Below, piece by piece: positions 1 to 13,619 of a DNA stretch of 64,000 nucleotides. A model generated the notes under the pieces. It had not been told where the DNA came from. It searched no databases and saw only the letters and a program-made list of their open reading frames with translations. The position numbers and the translations under genes are program-made. Position 1 is the stretch's first letter, and every line of letters begins with the position of its first letter. The DNA comes from Octopus vulgaris (Eukaryota), in NCBI GenBank assembly GCA_951406725.2, contig OX597833.1, positions 41,540,001 to 41,604,000 of the forward strand, read 5' to 3'.

Positions 1-789
1 CCACATAGCTACACCTACGTCACTTTTATATATTCACTTTTATTAACTAATAGCTGAAAAGAGTAAAACGGATTTTCAGTTGTCCTCTTAACCCCAAATG
101 AGCTTTGACTGAACAGATTTTATAGTCAAAGGTATTTCGGCCGCTAACATTGCCCCATCTCGCTTTTTTTTTTTTTTAATAAGTATTTCCCTTAAGACAA
201 TAGAAATAATTAAAATTTGGCTGCCATAACTAGCAATCGCATACTGAATCTCTCTCTCGCATTGGTATGAGAAAATACAAGTTTCGAGGAAATATAAATC
301 AGAATGACAGGTTCAGAACGACTCACAACATAAATCACTCGATCTTATGCTTTAGAAATATTTGATAAAATACACAATGCTCATGAATATGTAAGTTCCT
401 TACATACGGACCACAACACTTACTACGAATAAAACTAAGAACATTCCCCACTCACCACCACAAACGAAAATAGCAATGACTAAACGAGTCCTACACACAT
501 ACAATTTTAAAATGAAGGATCACGTAAGATATGCCAAACGGATCGCGATGGTAAAAGGCTGGAAGTGCTGGTTTAGAACGAGAACTGGACAAAAACCTGA
601 AGGCTAAACTATAAAGCTCTATAGCACATACACATCAGTGAAAGGGAGTCAAAAGAATTTTTTTTTTTTAATCTTTTGACTTAGGTATACGATTAAACGT
701 ATTTGACTTCGGTATAAGTACGATACAACCAACGAAAAAAACAAGTGCACTAACAAGGTTTATTATATCTCATAGTTTGGCACTTCTAG

Positions 790-1050
790 TCTCAGCTGAT
801 CGCGTGACCGACCAGACTATCAGATGACGTTACACATCGCTGATTACAATGCGCTCTGAATCGTTTTAGCCTTCGAATGACGCCATCTCACTGGCGGAGA
901 GCAAGCCAACATTCCCCTCTGATCGAAAGTGTGGGCTGGAGCAACGTGGAAAAGTGTTTTTTGTTCAAGAACACAACGTGCAGCCCGGTCTGGAAATCGA
1001 ACCCACGATCGTGAGTACAACAGCCTAATCACTAGGCCACGCGCCTTCAC
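790..1050 (-). mobile_element. tRNA-derived SINE
   Basis: Minus-strand head ggcgcgtggcctagtg...ggttcgatttcc with A/B boxes; related copies at ~6125-6437 and ~39790-40017. Confidence 0.7.
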
Positions 1051-2589
1051 ACTTCTAGTCTACTTGTGCTTAAACACCAAGCAGTGTGATGTTGCAAGTT
1101 CTAGCTTATTGGAATCCTTAAATTTTTATAGGTTAGAGTAAACCCGTTTCTTTAATTCTAAATCAATGTAAATAGCTAAAGAAAAAAAAATGGTTTGCCT
1201 CCTCTACATTTAATTATGCCTTTGATACAGCATCTTGGGAACCTGTAACAATGTCATATAAATCATTTAATGTACATAGCTTTGAGGGGTTTGTTGGTTC
1301 TTTGCCGTCGTTGTGTCAAGAATTATTAAATTTCAATAGATTGCAAGTATGTTCAAACTTTACAATTTGATTAGATAGAGAAAGAGAGAGTAGCGTTAAC
1401 AATTCAATAAACCTACCTACGCTCTCTTTTACTATCTTTTTTGCTCTTAAATACTACAAACGCCTCTAGTGAAAAATTAGGGTTTCATTTAACACCCAAC
1501 GTTTTATAAATATATATAATAATAATAATTATTATTATTATTATTAAAACAATTTAAAAGTTTAAAAGGTTTGTTGATATTTAGCTTGTACTTCTATGAA
1601 TAATTTCGAGGTGATTGCACTTCTTGGAAGAAAATAATTGGGTAGATGGTAAGTTGGAAAGCTAATGTGATTGGATTGCTTGCCTTCTTTCTCTCTATCT
1701 CTCAATATTTCATGTAATACACACATACACACACAGAGCATACATCCCGCAGTTTCCTCTCATTCATTGCACAGGAGCTTCAACATTTCCTGCCACAAGT
1801 GGAGGAACAGGACACAAACACATTTCCGGCAGTTTCATACTCAAACTAAAAGTGAATTATTGTAAACATAAACCATAAATATTTACACTGAACCAACAAT
1901 GCTTAAATTACAGATACACAATTTACATGTCTAACAAGACGACAACATCAAACAGGAAGTGTCATAAAATTAGTAAACAAGACGGATTATGCTTGTGGTG
2001 GGGGACAGACAGTAAATGCTCGCTCGCTCACTCTTTTACAAACCCATTAAAAGGGGAAAATATATAGCAATATTTTCTGAATAAATTTCTTTATTGTTTA
2101 TAAACAAATGTTTATCAAGAGGAATTCATTCTCAGTCTCTGGACAGGGAGAGATATTCTAAGTCTGTTCTCCAAGAAGAAAGGACTGGAGAGGAAGTGGG
2201 GAAGAGGGGGGGAATAGAAATATAAACACAAACAAAAATAAAAACAAGCATTATTAAGAGAAAAGAAAATCACTAGATATATACTTGGCAAACAATAGTT
2301 TTTTTTTTTTTAAAAAACAGAGGGAGAGAGAGAAATAAGCAAGTTTTAAATAATAATAAATGGAAAACAAACTCAGAAGAAAAGCAAAATAAATATTGAA
2401 TAAAATATTGGCACATCAATTTTCAATTAGATATATCTTCATAAGTAACCACATGTTGGGGGAACAGGGGAGTTATTTTGATTATTTCAAACTTTCGAAT
2501 ATTTAAAAAAAATCTTTTTTTTATTTGTTATATATATATGTATATTTTGTCATCTCATGAAAAATAATGAAATATCAAGGATAATAATT

Positions 2590-3036
2590 AACTGTTTCTA
2601 ATTTAGGCACAAAGCCAGCAATTTCGGGGGAGGGGTTAGTCAATTAAATCGACCCCAATACTCAACTGGTACTTTATTTTATCGACCCTAGAGGGATGAA
2701 AAGTGAAACTGACCTTGGCAGGATTTGAACTTGGAACGTTATGAGCAGGAAGTGATGCTATCATACCTTTTTGTCTGACGCTCTAACAATTCTGCCAATT
2801 CACCACCTCTAGTTGATGTAGTCATAGTAATAATGGTTTCAAAATTTGGCACAAGGCCAGCAATTTTAGGGGGAGGGGGTTAGTCAATTATATCGACCCC
2901 ACTGCTCAGCTGGTACTTATTTTATTGATCCAAAAGGATGAAAGGTAAAGTTAATGTTGGCAGAATTTGAACTCAGAATGCAGCATGTCTGTGCTAATTT
3001 TTTTTCCCAACACACTGATTCTGCCAGCTAACTGCC

Positions 3037-3040
<4 letters not shown>
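2590..3040 (-). mobile_element. Two tandem SINE copies (MetaSINE-like core gcctttcatcc...gtcgataaaataagtaccag)
   Basis: Same family at ~21435-21890 (two copies), 39505-39725, 40670-40900, 45695-45890, 47150-47270 and 49540-49750. Confidence 0.75.

Positions 3041-3086
<46 letters not shown>
3038..3086. repeat. (TAA)n microsatellite
   Basis: Direct inspection. Confidence 0.95.
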
Positions 3087-3087
<1 letters not shown>

Positions 3088-3491
3088 TACAAATACAATT
3101 ATAATGAAGGAATGGAAAATTCAAATAAACCACAGCCAATGCAAAGAAGGATTGCTGAGCCAGAGTTTTGAGCATTAGCTAGGCACTGGCTCAGTAAGTT
3201 AATCACCAGATAAGGAGCTATATACAGCATGTTTAGAGTTATGCCTTCTCAGTTGAGTCAGCCATCATATGAGGGTAGGAGGGGAAAGACCAGGTCAAAT
3301 CAGGTGAATTGAATGAATATATGAATTTTTGTTTTGTTTTTACCCTTATCAAAAAAAAAAAGTGAAATATTACAATTTGTTAGGATGGCAGGATGGAATT
3401 TCTTGCGAAATTATTTTTAAAAAAAGAAAAAAAAATGCATACCATTATCTAAAATTAGATTGCAGAAATTAACCAAAACTAACCAACCAAT

Positions 3492-3527
<36 letters not shown>

Positions 3528-5296
3528 GCTAGCAGAGCAAGTCAAATTTTATATTCTTTAAAAATAAAATAGGGAAAAGAGAAACCACTTCTAGGTATTT
3601 ACTAGAAAGATTGATAAAAGTCTGTTGTAAGCTATTTGAAAAAAAATTCTCAAGCAGCTAAAAAAAGTCCTGTACAGGTTTTAGGATTTTAGTGTATGTA
3701 ACATTTGGTTAATATAAATGAGACTTGTCACATATTACTCACTCAGGTTAAATACATAGTTTCACAACATCAGTCACTCTCTCATCCAATTTAAACAAAC
3801 AAAATCCCCATCTACAAGAGGAAGCACACAGTCATTTGAAAAAGTATAGTATTTTAGGAGTTATTTGTTGTTTAAGTTTTGTTTTTCTTTTTTTGTCTTT
3901 TCTTTTTTTTTTTAATATAAATATATTGAAAAATGCAGGTAAAAGATAGGAGGCATACAAGCAGATTAAATTGCTTGATGAATTAACACTATTATGAAGT
4001 TAATAAATTTAACCATGATGAGAGAACTGAGAAGGAGGGGGGAGAGGAACAGATCTAAGACAATTCATTGTGGCTCCCACTTGCTGCATTATTCTTTTAC
4101 AGGTGAGTGGTGAGGGAACAATGGGTGCAGCAGTCGATACCAATCCAAACAATTGCCAAATATTTCCCACAATTCACTACTCAGGGTAAAAAAAAAAATA
4201 TGATGTTTTTTGTAATCATAACTATTTTGGAAATCTAATTACAATTTACATAATAAAAAAAAAAATTACAATATTACTATTTAGTAGCAACAATCATCAC
4301 AAAATAAAATTCAAGCCCCTTTTGAAGGATTTCAGAATGATATATCACCTGGCCACAAACAAAAATGTTTTAATATTGCAGAACGTTTGTGATGTTTTGT
4401 TTGTTTTTGTTTTTATCAAAACCTTAAGTTTTGAACGAAAATAAAAGCATTAGATTTATTTATACCAGGATAAACAAAACATGTAGCCATTTAGTGTCAA
4501 AGAATGTAAAACCAAAAGCTGGTACACTTAGGCACTTTGTAAAAATGTACATTTTAATTTTGGTTTTTATTGACAACCTACAAAAGAGGCATGTATTTTG
4601 AGGGAGAAAACTGGGAGGTCCAGGCTTTTATCATGAGTATTAGCAATGTAAGTCAATTAGCCTGAATTGAAAACCAATACTGCACCAGAGACCTGGTTTA
4701 CAAGGTGCTCACCTCTTCTTGCTCATCAGCACTCACCACAAATGATATCACTAAACTAGCATCAACTCAAACGAAGTAAGCGATAAAACCTGAAGTATAA
4801 AACAATTACGCATATACTATCCATATACAGCCAACCAGTCAGCAGCAAGTGACTACTAATGAGTAGTGTGTATGTGAGTGTGTGTGTGTGTGATTAGAAG
4901 ACAATGACCTCTGTGTAAAAAAAATCAGACAGTAAACAGGACATATTTTACAGAGGCTCCAACAACAATAAAGAGGTTAAAAAAAAATATAGCTACAAAA
5001 TAGATATCAGTTCCAGAGAATAGCTAGTATGAAAGTTTTACACGTTCTAAAATGATGTGAGAAATGAGTATGATCACTTAGACAGAAACAAAAAAATAGC
5101 AGCCTCCAGCATCTAACAATGATGCTTCTTTTGATTTCAGTTTTATCTTATGACAGCATATTTTCTTTTTGTTTTATTACTAAGGTATTAGCTGGTTCGT
5201 TGAGGTGGGGGCTGTAGGCATGATTTGGGCGAGAGTCACAAGAAAGTAAGGTATCCCAACTCAGAGTTCAGAAACAAAAAAAGAAAAACTTTAGTG

Positions 5297-5484
5297 TCAA
5301 CTGAGATCGCAGCGTCTATAAAACAATAAATAAGGAATCCGGTTTAGAACGAATTTCAGGACATGAGTTGGCGATACTTGTCTCACGACTCCATCATCAT
5401 ACAGGATCCAGTTGTTGATGCCACAGTGATAAACACAGGTGGTGTAATGTCCTCCTGTTGCATTCTTGCCATGGTGAAATATAA
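5297..5484 (-). CDS. USP10: USP10 last coding exon, His box ([14 protein letters not shown]...WILYDD...[11 protein letters not shown])
   Basis: tttgcag acceptor, catalytic His and Asp motifs, TGA at 5299-5297. Confidence 0.96.
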
Positions 5485-8400
5485 CTGCAAATAGAAAAGA
5501 AACCATCAAATATTTGATTTTACAGACACATTTGTAATGTAGTTTTACAACCACTGCTCTGTACTTGCTATGGCTAGCTAAGTTAAGTTAATTTTTTGGC
5601 TCAAAAAGCAAGGCCATATAGGGGGACATGGAGTTATGTACAGGGTGGTGTTCATGCAAAGAGTTCAGGCATTTTCTGGTCAATAGAGACTTTGAACCGA
5701 GCGGTCGTCAGCATCTTCACTATCTCGTCCGGCAGCTTATTTCACAGATCCGCAACCCGGATGGAGAGAGCCCCTCTCCTTCGATTGAGATGAAATCGTC
5801 GCAGATAGAGCTTTTCGGAGTGACTCCGCAGCCGACGCTCTGGAGCAGGAGTGAAGAATAGCTCTTTCGAGAGGTTACACTTTCCGCTTATGATGTTGTG
5901 AGCAAGAATGAGATCACCACGGCGGCGGCGTTTTGGAACCAAGTGTTTTAAGATGGATGTCCATTTCACTACAAGCCACTTAACTTTGGAGTAGAGAGTG
6001 GAATCTGAGATTTTGTTCAATCAGGTAAACTGGGGAAGCAAAGCCAAGTGCTGCTACTTTGCACCAGGACACAAATGGATGTAGCAGCAACATTTGAACC
6101 ACAAAACCAGTTGACTTTCAAGAGACTAATATTTCAGCTCTTTAACTGGCACACCATCGGTTACAAGTACTCCAACTGATCCAATGAATAGACCAGCCTT
6201 ACTCATGAAATTAACATGCAAGTGGCTGAGTACTCCAGACACGCATAGAGATTCAGCATGACACAGAATGTAACAAGACCGACCCTTTGGATTACAGGTA
6301 CTAATTTTTTCCAACTGAATGGACTGTAACAACATGAAATAAAGTGTTTTGCTCAAAGACACAATGTGCCTCCAGGGATCAAACTCACAACCTTACAACT
6401 CTGAGTCGAATACCCCAAATACAAAGCTACGTCTTCACTTATATTTCAGCTCTTATATAGCACTTAATGTGTTTAGCAACAAAAATATTAACTATTTACA
6501 ACAGTAATATTAAACACAGTGGATATGAGGCTAAGGTATTGAACTACTGGCTAAAAACTGAAGTTCAGATCCTTCTACTGGAATAAGAATTCTGATAGGG
6601 TTCTTCCCAAAACTAATACCAAATCAATATAGCATCAAATTACATGCATGCTTTAAAATAAGCATCAAATAATGTATACAAGAATTAGCAACAAAATCTA
6701 TCAAAGTTCACCCTATCAGCTTAGAAGATATAATGCTGGTTACAGCTGGAAAGTCCTTTTATCACAAATGTGCTTGATCAGGGTTAAATTAGGGTTAAAC
6801 AAATGAGGAGAAAGGTGGGTAAATTTGATTCCTAAAACTTAAAATCACCCCACTTTTTATTTACATTTTTAATGCCACTTTGCTATGTTTCAATAAGCCA
6901 GTGTAATTTAGTTCCAGATATTAGTTTGACACAAGTCCTACTAAGTGAATACTATAATCAAAGGTGGTATATATTTGCTTTTGTTTATTTACTTATTCAC
7001 ATTTTGAATTTTTTATCATTATTGTCGATGATGGTATTACTGTCACTGTTGTGGATGTAGCTAAAACAATTTATAACATTTTATTTAGGTTTTCTTTTTG
7101 AAGTTAAAATTTAAATAGGGATCAATGAAAAATAAAAGCTGTACAGATACATCTATCACACCCTCTTCTGCCCCTTTTGCAGTGTTCATAAAATTTTTCA
7201 CCACCATCCAAGGAGCAATACTGCCCACTTGAAGAAGTGCTTTAAAAATAGTGCAAGACATCACATATAAAGTTATTTCATGCTTGGATCTAAGACGAAT
7301 TTTTTTTTTCTTTTAGGAAAAAAAAAAAAAAATTAACATTTTATTTTACAGCATAAACCAATGGAATGCATATGCTGAACCAAAGAACTGTTTAGTAAAA
7401 AAAAAAAAAAAAAGATAGAACTAAACAAAAAATATTTACCAGCAGAAAGCTTATAGCTTCTTTGAGCCATCGGGATTCTTGAGCGAACTGGAGACAACAG
7501 TTCTAAAACAGAACAACAATGATTAATATTCATTTAAAATTAACAGTTCTCATCAGCACATCCCTTATTTGATAAGATAAAATTATGACATCCTATATCA
7601 ACAGCCCCAAATAATATAGATTAGTCGTGATCAAACAATATAGAATAAGACCGACAGAAAAATTCAATACAAACTGAAGTTTTTCACAATGCAATTCTAG
7701 AATTAAAACCAGGTTTGCAATTAAAATACACCAATGAAAACATGGTCAAGAGTTTATTGTGAAGAAATTCAAGCCAAGGCACATAGCTACTGCTTCACTT
7801 TGCTGACAATGCTACAACTATGATGAATAAGCATATAAACAATTGTTCTCAAAACTATTTTTTTTAAAATACCAACAGGAAACATTGGATGTACAACTAA
7901 ATTTAGAGAGGCCAAGTGCGTAGGTTGGCCAGTCAAGATGCCAGAAGAGTTTAGCATTATATTCTATCAGTAGTCACAACACTTTATGCTTGTGTGTATG
8001 TTACTGCAGGGTAGGAACAATGCAATCCTAAGTTAGCTGAGAGTGCTATGTTCACTGATTCCTGTGGATATAGAGAACAGGAAGGGAAATCACTCCAGCA
8101 CAATCTAGTCTTCACAACCACTTGGATTGGTATTCAAAAACCAATCCAAGTGAAGTTGGATGAACAACTTTATATATTACCCATTAACCTTTTTCTCATC
8201 TTCAATCTCATTGTTTCTTTATATTTAATGTCTCAAATACAAAACATTGAAACAAATATCAGTGCTGGCTATAATTTCTATAGAGTGACTGTAGAGATAA
8301 CCTGAACAAGTGAAATTTATATGCTGTGTGAGTGTGTGTGTGTGTGTTGTCCCTCAGTTGATTGAAATCAATCAGTTGATTAATTTCACAAGTCACTACA

Positions 8401-11400
8401 AAATTGAAATACGAATTGAGGGTGCATTTTGTTACATCATTAATCACACACACACACACGAAAGTTAGCAATTATTGACAAAAAAAAAAGGATGATTATC
8501 ATATGTGCGTGTGTGTGTGTGCATTTATCTGTTTACATCAGCATAAGAGCTGCCAATTAAAAACATTTCTTGGCATTCTGTTACAGGAATACAAGACGGT
8601 ATGCACTGTGGGGAGGTAAGCACCAGCTAGTGTGCTTTTACCAATCCAAGAAATTTTAGTTCATTATACAATATATTGCAGCAGTGGATAAATACAGGAA
8701 AGATGTCTAAACGTTTGATGATGAGACAAGAGTAACTTAATTTTGAAAAACACATATGCTCGCTCAGGTGGTCAACAATTTGGCAGTAACAATAGTAAAA
8801 TAAGTTGCCCATTTTTTCCTGCCATTTTTTAAAAATTTTGGAATCTATTTTTTTTCAAGAATTCTATTTTTTAATCTTTTTGGAATCTATTTTGTTTTTT
8901 TCTAGTTAATTTTTGTTTATTTTCAGATCATTAAAATGGAATGTCAAGTTAAGAAAAACGAGCATTTTCAACACCTCATTTTTGTTTTTAATCAAGGTTC
9001 TAAGGCTGCAAAAGCTGCTTGCGACGTTTGTGCTGTGCATGGAGAGGGTGCCATAGCTGAGAGAACCACTCATGATTGGTATGCCAAGTTCAAAAATAGA
9101 AATTTTGACCTCAAAGACACACCTCGTTCTGGCTGTCCAGTTGAGTTCAATGAAGAGCAATTAAACCAACTTTTGCACAAAAATTCTCGTCAAACGACAA
9201 GGGAACTGACAGAGAAAATGGAATGCTCCCACACTGCTATAGAGAAGTATCTTCACTCGATGGGAAAGGTTCAGAAGTATGGAGCATGGATTCCACATGC
9301 TTTAAATAAATAAGCATTACATTTGACAGAGTAATCTGAATGCTAAAAGGGAACTTCTTAACTCTAGGGCAAACTGAAACTCACTTCATTCTTTAAGCAC
9401 TTCCCTCCAACTCTGCAGCAGCTATAAAACCTACTAATGATCATGGAAGGTATACACAAACAAGCATGATAGGATTCTTTCAATTTCTGCCTACCAAATC
9501 CATTCACAAGGCATTGGTGATCACAGGGCTATAATAAAAGATACTTGTTAAAGTGCCACACAGTGACACTGATCCTAAAACCACAATTGGGAAGTAGGCT
9601 TCTTACCACACACATGCATGCACACACACAGAGGCTGTATAGTCATGATCAGCAGTTTGCATTGTGTTCTTAGATAAATGCATCAGATTAATCAAGTTCA
9701 TTTATATCTGTTAGAAAAGGAATGCAAGAGGAAAGCGATAGCAAACAACTTGATTACACTACAAGAAACCTTTGAATGTTCCTAGTTCACAAAGTCAAAA
9801 GATGAAACATGATAGATAAGCAACTCAACAAATGAATCTTGTTAATACTATTCAGTCACACATAAAGACGGCAACAATACCTATACATACACGGCACAGT
9901 TTACAGAAGCAAAGCACAATGAAATGTGATCAGGTCAAAAGTCCAACATGTGTCCATCTCATTTGAATGGAAGACTCAAAACATTCATCGTTAGGAATTT
10001 TATTTAGCAATAAAACCAGCCATATCTGACCCAAATATTCCGTTTTATATTCAAACCAACCAGATCTGACCTCTGATATCCACCCTACAATGTCATTCTA
10101 AAAATAGAATGACATTGTTGAAATCTCAAAGCTTTGAAGTAATGCATAATTAATTCAAAACAATGTGAATAAATAAGAACTACATTTTATAGAGTAATCT
10201 GAATGCTAAAGAGTTGAACCAAGGCTTGTTCAAAAAACAAATATCAATGTACCAACTCAAAAAACAAAAACTTTTAGTCTTACACCAAGTCAGTCTTCTT
10301 TGTACATTGTTAGTTTGATGCTTTGTGGTGACCACTGATGGACTCCCTGGTCACACACCAACTCAGACCTTGGGATTGCACTATTCCTTGGTCATGTGTT
10401 GTAGTTTGTTTATGAGCCAATAGTAGAGTGCTTGAAACTGGTAATTTTTAAACTATTGTCAAACTTACACCATCATCATCATCAACTTCCGCTTTCCATG
10501 CTGGCATGGGTTGTGCAAAATACTTAATCCACAAGTTAACCAAGAAGCATTTTTTTAAATGTAACTACAACCTATTTCCACACCACAGCAACATGGTTAA
10601 ATAAGGTTGAAATCAGAATTAGTGGCACTAGACATACATAACAAGAAATTGGGATATATCACACAAATTTTGTTTTAATCCTTTAACATTCAGATGACTT
10701 AGATGCTTATTTATTCCCTTTGTTTTCAATTAATCATGCATTATCTCATAGCTTCCAGATTTCAATGATGTTACTGTTTATTTTTAGACTGACATTATAG
10801 GATAGGCGTGAGAGGCTGGATCTCATCAGTTTGAACATAAACCAGGTAGAATATTTGGGCTGGATATAGCCAGTTTAAATGCTGAATGTAATTTCTTGTA
10901 CTAGGTTCTTAGAAAAAATAATTACAAAAGTTCTACATGAAAGGACTGATGCCTTTAGAATAATTCTCGTTCGCACACACATTTCAAGACACTTTCAAAC
11001 TAAATTTTATAATAAACAGGAAAAAATGTTCCTTTTCGTATAGGAATCTCTGTACACTTTAAAAATATAGATAAAAAATAGTCTCTATATTACCTTTACT
11101 AATATCTAGTTCTATTGGGTAATCAATCTTCTTTAAGACCTTCTGGATCCCTCCATTCTTATCATAGATAAAACATTTGAAATGTAGAATAAGTACTGGT
11201 GGTAGTTCTTCAAGAGTAACTTTTTTGGTTATTTCCACCTGAAAAACAAGATGTATTTCTAATATAAAATAACTGAAATACATACACACTCACCTATATA
11301 TACATTCATAAACGTGCATATTTACACACAACACATAAGACACACATATGTTAGTATTTAGTGAATACAAATACTTTTACACGACTTAATATTTCAGTCA

Positions 11401-13587
11401 AATCTATCTCAGTTTGCCATTTCATTTAATGAGAAACATTTCTAACAATACATATTTGCAATATCCTGCAAGTGATTAGATGCCAGAACATTAACTTTTA
11501 AGAGTATTAAAGTGATTCCTCCACTGTGTTGTTTTGTATATAACTTTTTTCATATCCCATTTAAGAGATTTTAGCAAAGTTGACTTAATCCTTTCATAAT
11601 ACGAGAATGGGGTACACACACACACACACCAACAACACAAACCAGAATTACAAAATTTTAAAAATCATATGTGAAACTGTGTCAATGAGCAGATTTGATA
11701 CCTCATGTGCTAAGTTTAAAGGGAATTAGTTGGCTATTACATGATGTAATTCTTTTAGTTTCAACATTGTTTCAGATCAAATCCCATGCTAAATAAGTAC
11801 AATTCTGAAACAGATATTACTAGTACTGATATTAAATAAATCCTAACCAATCAACCCCTGTACCTAATTGCTTTTTAGGTACAGAGGTATGAAATGGTAC
11901 TGGGATATGAAATGAATGGAAGTTAACACCAACCACATGATTTGATCTTCGAACTTAAATGACAGAATATTTTATCTGTTACTCTACAGTTTTTGCCAGT
12001 CCATTGCTTATCAAATCTAGCACCATCAGCACTGTTCTATAAAACTGGTCTCCCTTTTTCCCCACTAAATTTGATTCAATCCAACCCCAATCCCTTTTAT
12101 CTTTAGTATCAAAAAAATGTAGTTTCCACAATAGGTCAATGCAGAAGCCTTTTAACTCTTTGCCTGTCCTGTATAACACATGTGGTATACTAAACATATT
12201 TCCTTAGCATCCATACTGCCTACTCAACACACTCCCCATTATTTTTCAACCACTAGGACTTATAATAGGAAAGCTTTAAACAGTACATATGAAACAAGGG
12301 TTAACTAAAAGTCTGAAAACAAGCATGGATGTTTAGAACAAACTTAAGAAAATACTTTGGACAAAAGTCAACCTGCTAGACATCAACCAAATCTTCCCCA
12401 AATCACACTATCTTAAAGAAGGTGAGCATTGATAAAGGCAGTTCCAGTTCAACTATATCAGAGTAGGAGGAATGATCATGGCTGAAACCACTTGCTTTTG
12501 TTTATTAGTATTTTATAACAGACAAAGTGGGGAAATGACAACTTGAATGCCAATAAATAAATCGATGAACTCAATGTTCACATTTAACAAAAAAATTAAA
12601 ATATTATATTTCAATTACAAAGCTAATTAGATACTTAGTCTTTTTTCATTGAAAAAGAAAAAAAAATTGAAAAGCTCAAAAAACGTTTTCATTTTGGAAT
12701 AATTTGGTTCAAATTGTACATGGTTTTGTCCAACAGGATTTTGTAATAAGAAAAGTGCTACCTACCTCTGTATTAGTCTTTGAGCATGTATAACCATGAA
12801 CTGCTTCTTTACTTACAAGGCCTTCAAGAGCATCCTTCACATTCCAGACTTTGTCAGACTTCAAAATAATAATTATATATAAATACATTTTAATCATGTG
12901 GAAAATTTGATTTTATAATTGAGCAGATTACAAAAATAAACATTTAGTTAAAATAAAATTGAAAAACAAGACTAAATTAGATTTTGAATTTAAGATGTTT
13001 CTTTTGAGTTATATTTTTTTAAGTAGCCACACTTGTAAATATCTAACTGAAAAGTTCCAGATGCCATCATTAACTTCTTAACAAGAACATTTTTTACAAT
13101 TTCCATCCAAAAAAATTTTGAATCTCTATATAAGTACAAAAATTATTTTGGATCAGTTATTTATTATGAAGTTACTGATAGTTAATGAGAATAACAACAT
13201 GAAATAAGTGACAGATACCCCGGAGTACAGTGAAGGTTTATTTTTGTTCAAATATATATTTACTAGACATCTCTGAACAAAAATATACGGAATAATATGT
13301 AAGGAGGTTAAACAATTGCTTGCAAAAATAAAATTTTCACTATTTTTGTAAGCTACTAGATGGAGAGAAGATTTGAGTAAAGACAGTTTATTTGTTTCTT
13401 TCAGTTTCAGTCAAAAGATGGCTGATATTTCACCTGAAGTCTTCTTGCAATAACAAAACATCTTTAAAAGATAAGATAGTTTTCAATGTAGATTTATAGC
13501 ACCTAGTATCAGTAACTGCTAAAATTTCCCCTTCAATACCCTCTATCAGAAGAGAAAGGGTATGGGTGTATTATATACAACCCAACA

Positions 13588-13619
<32 letters not shown>

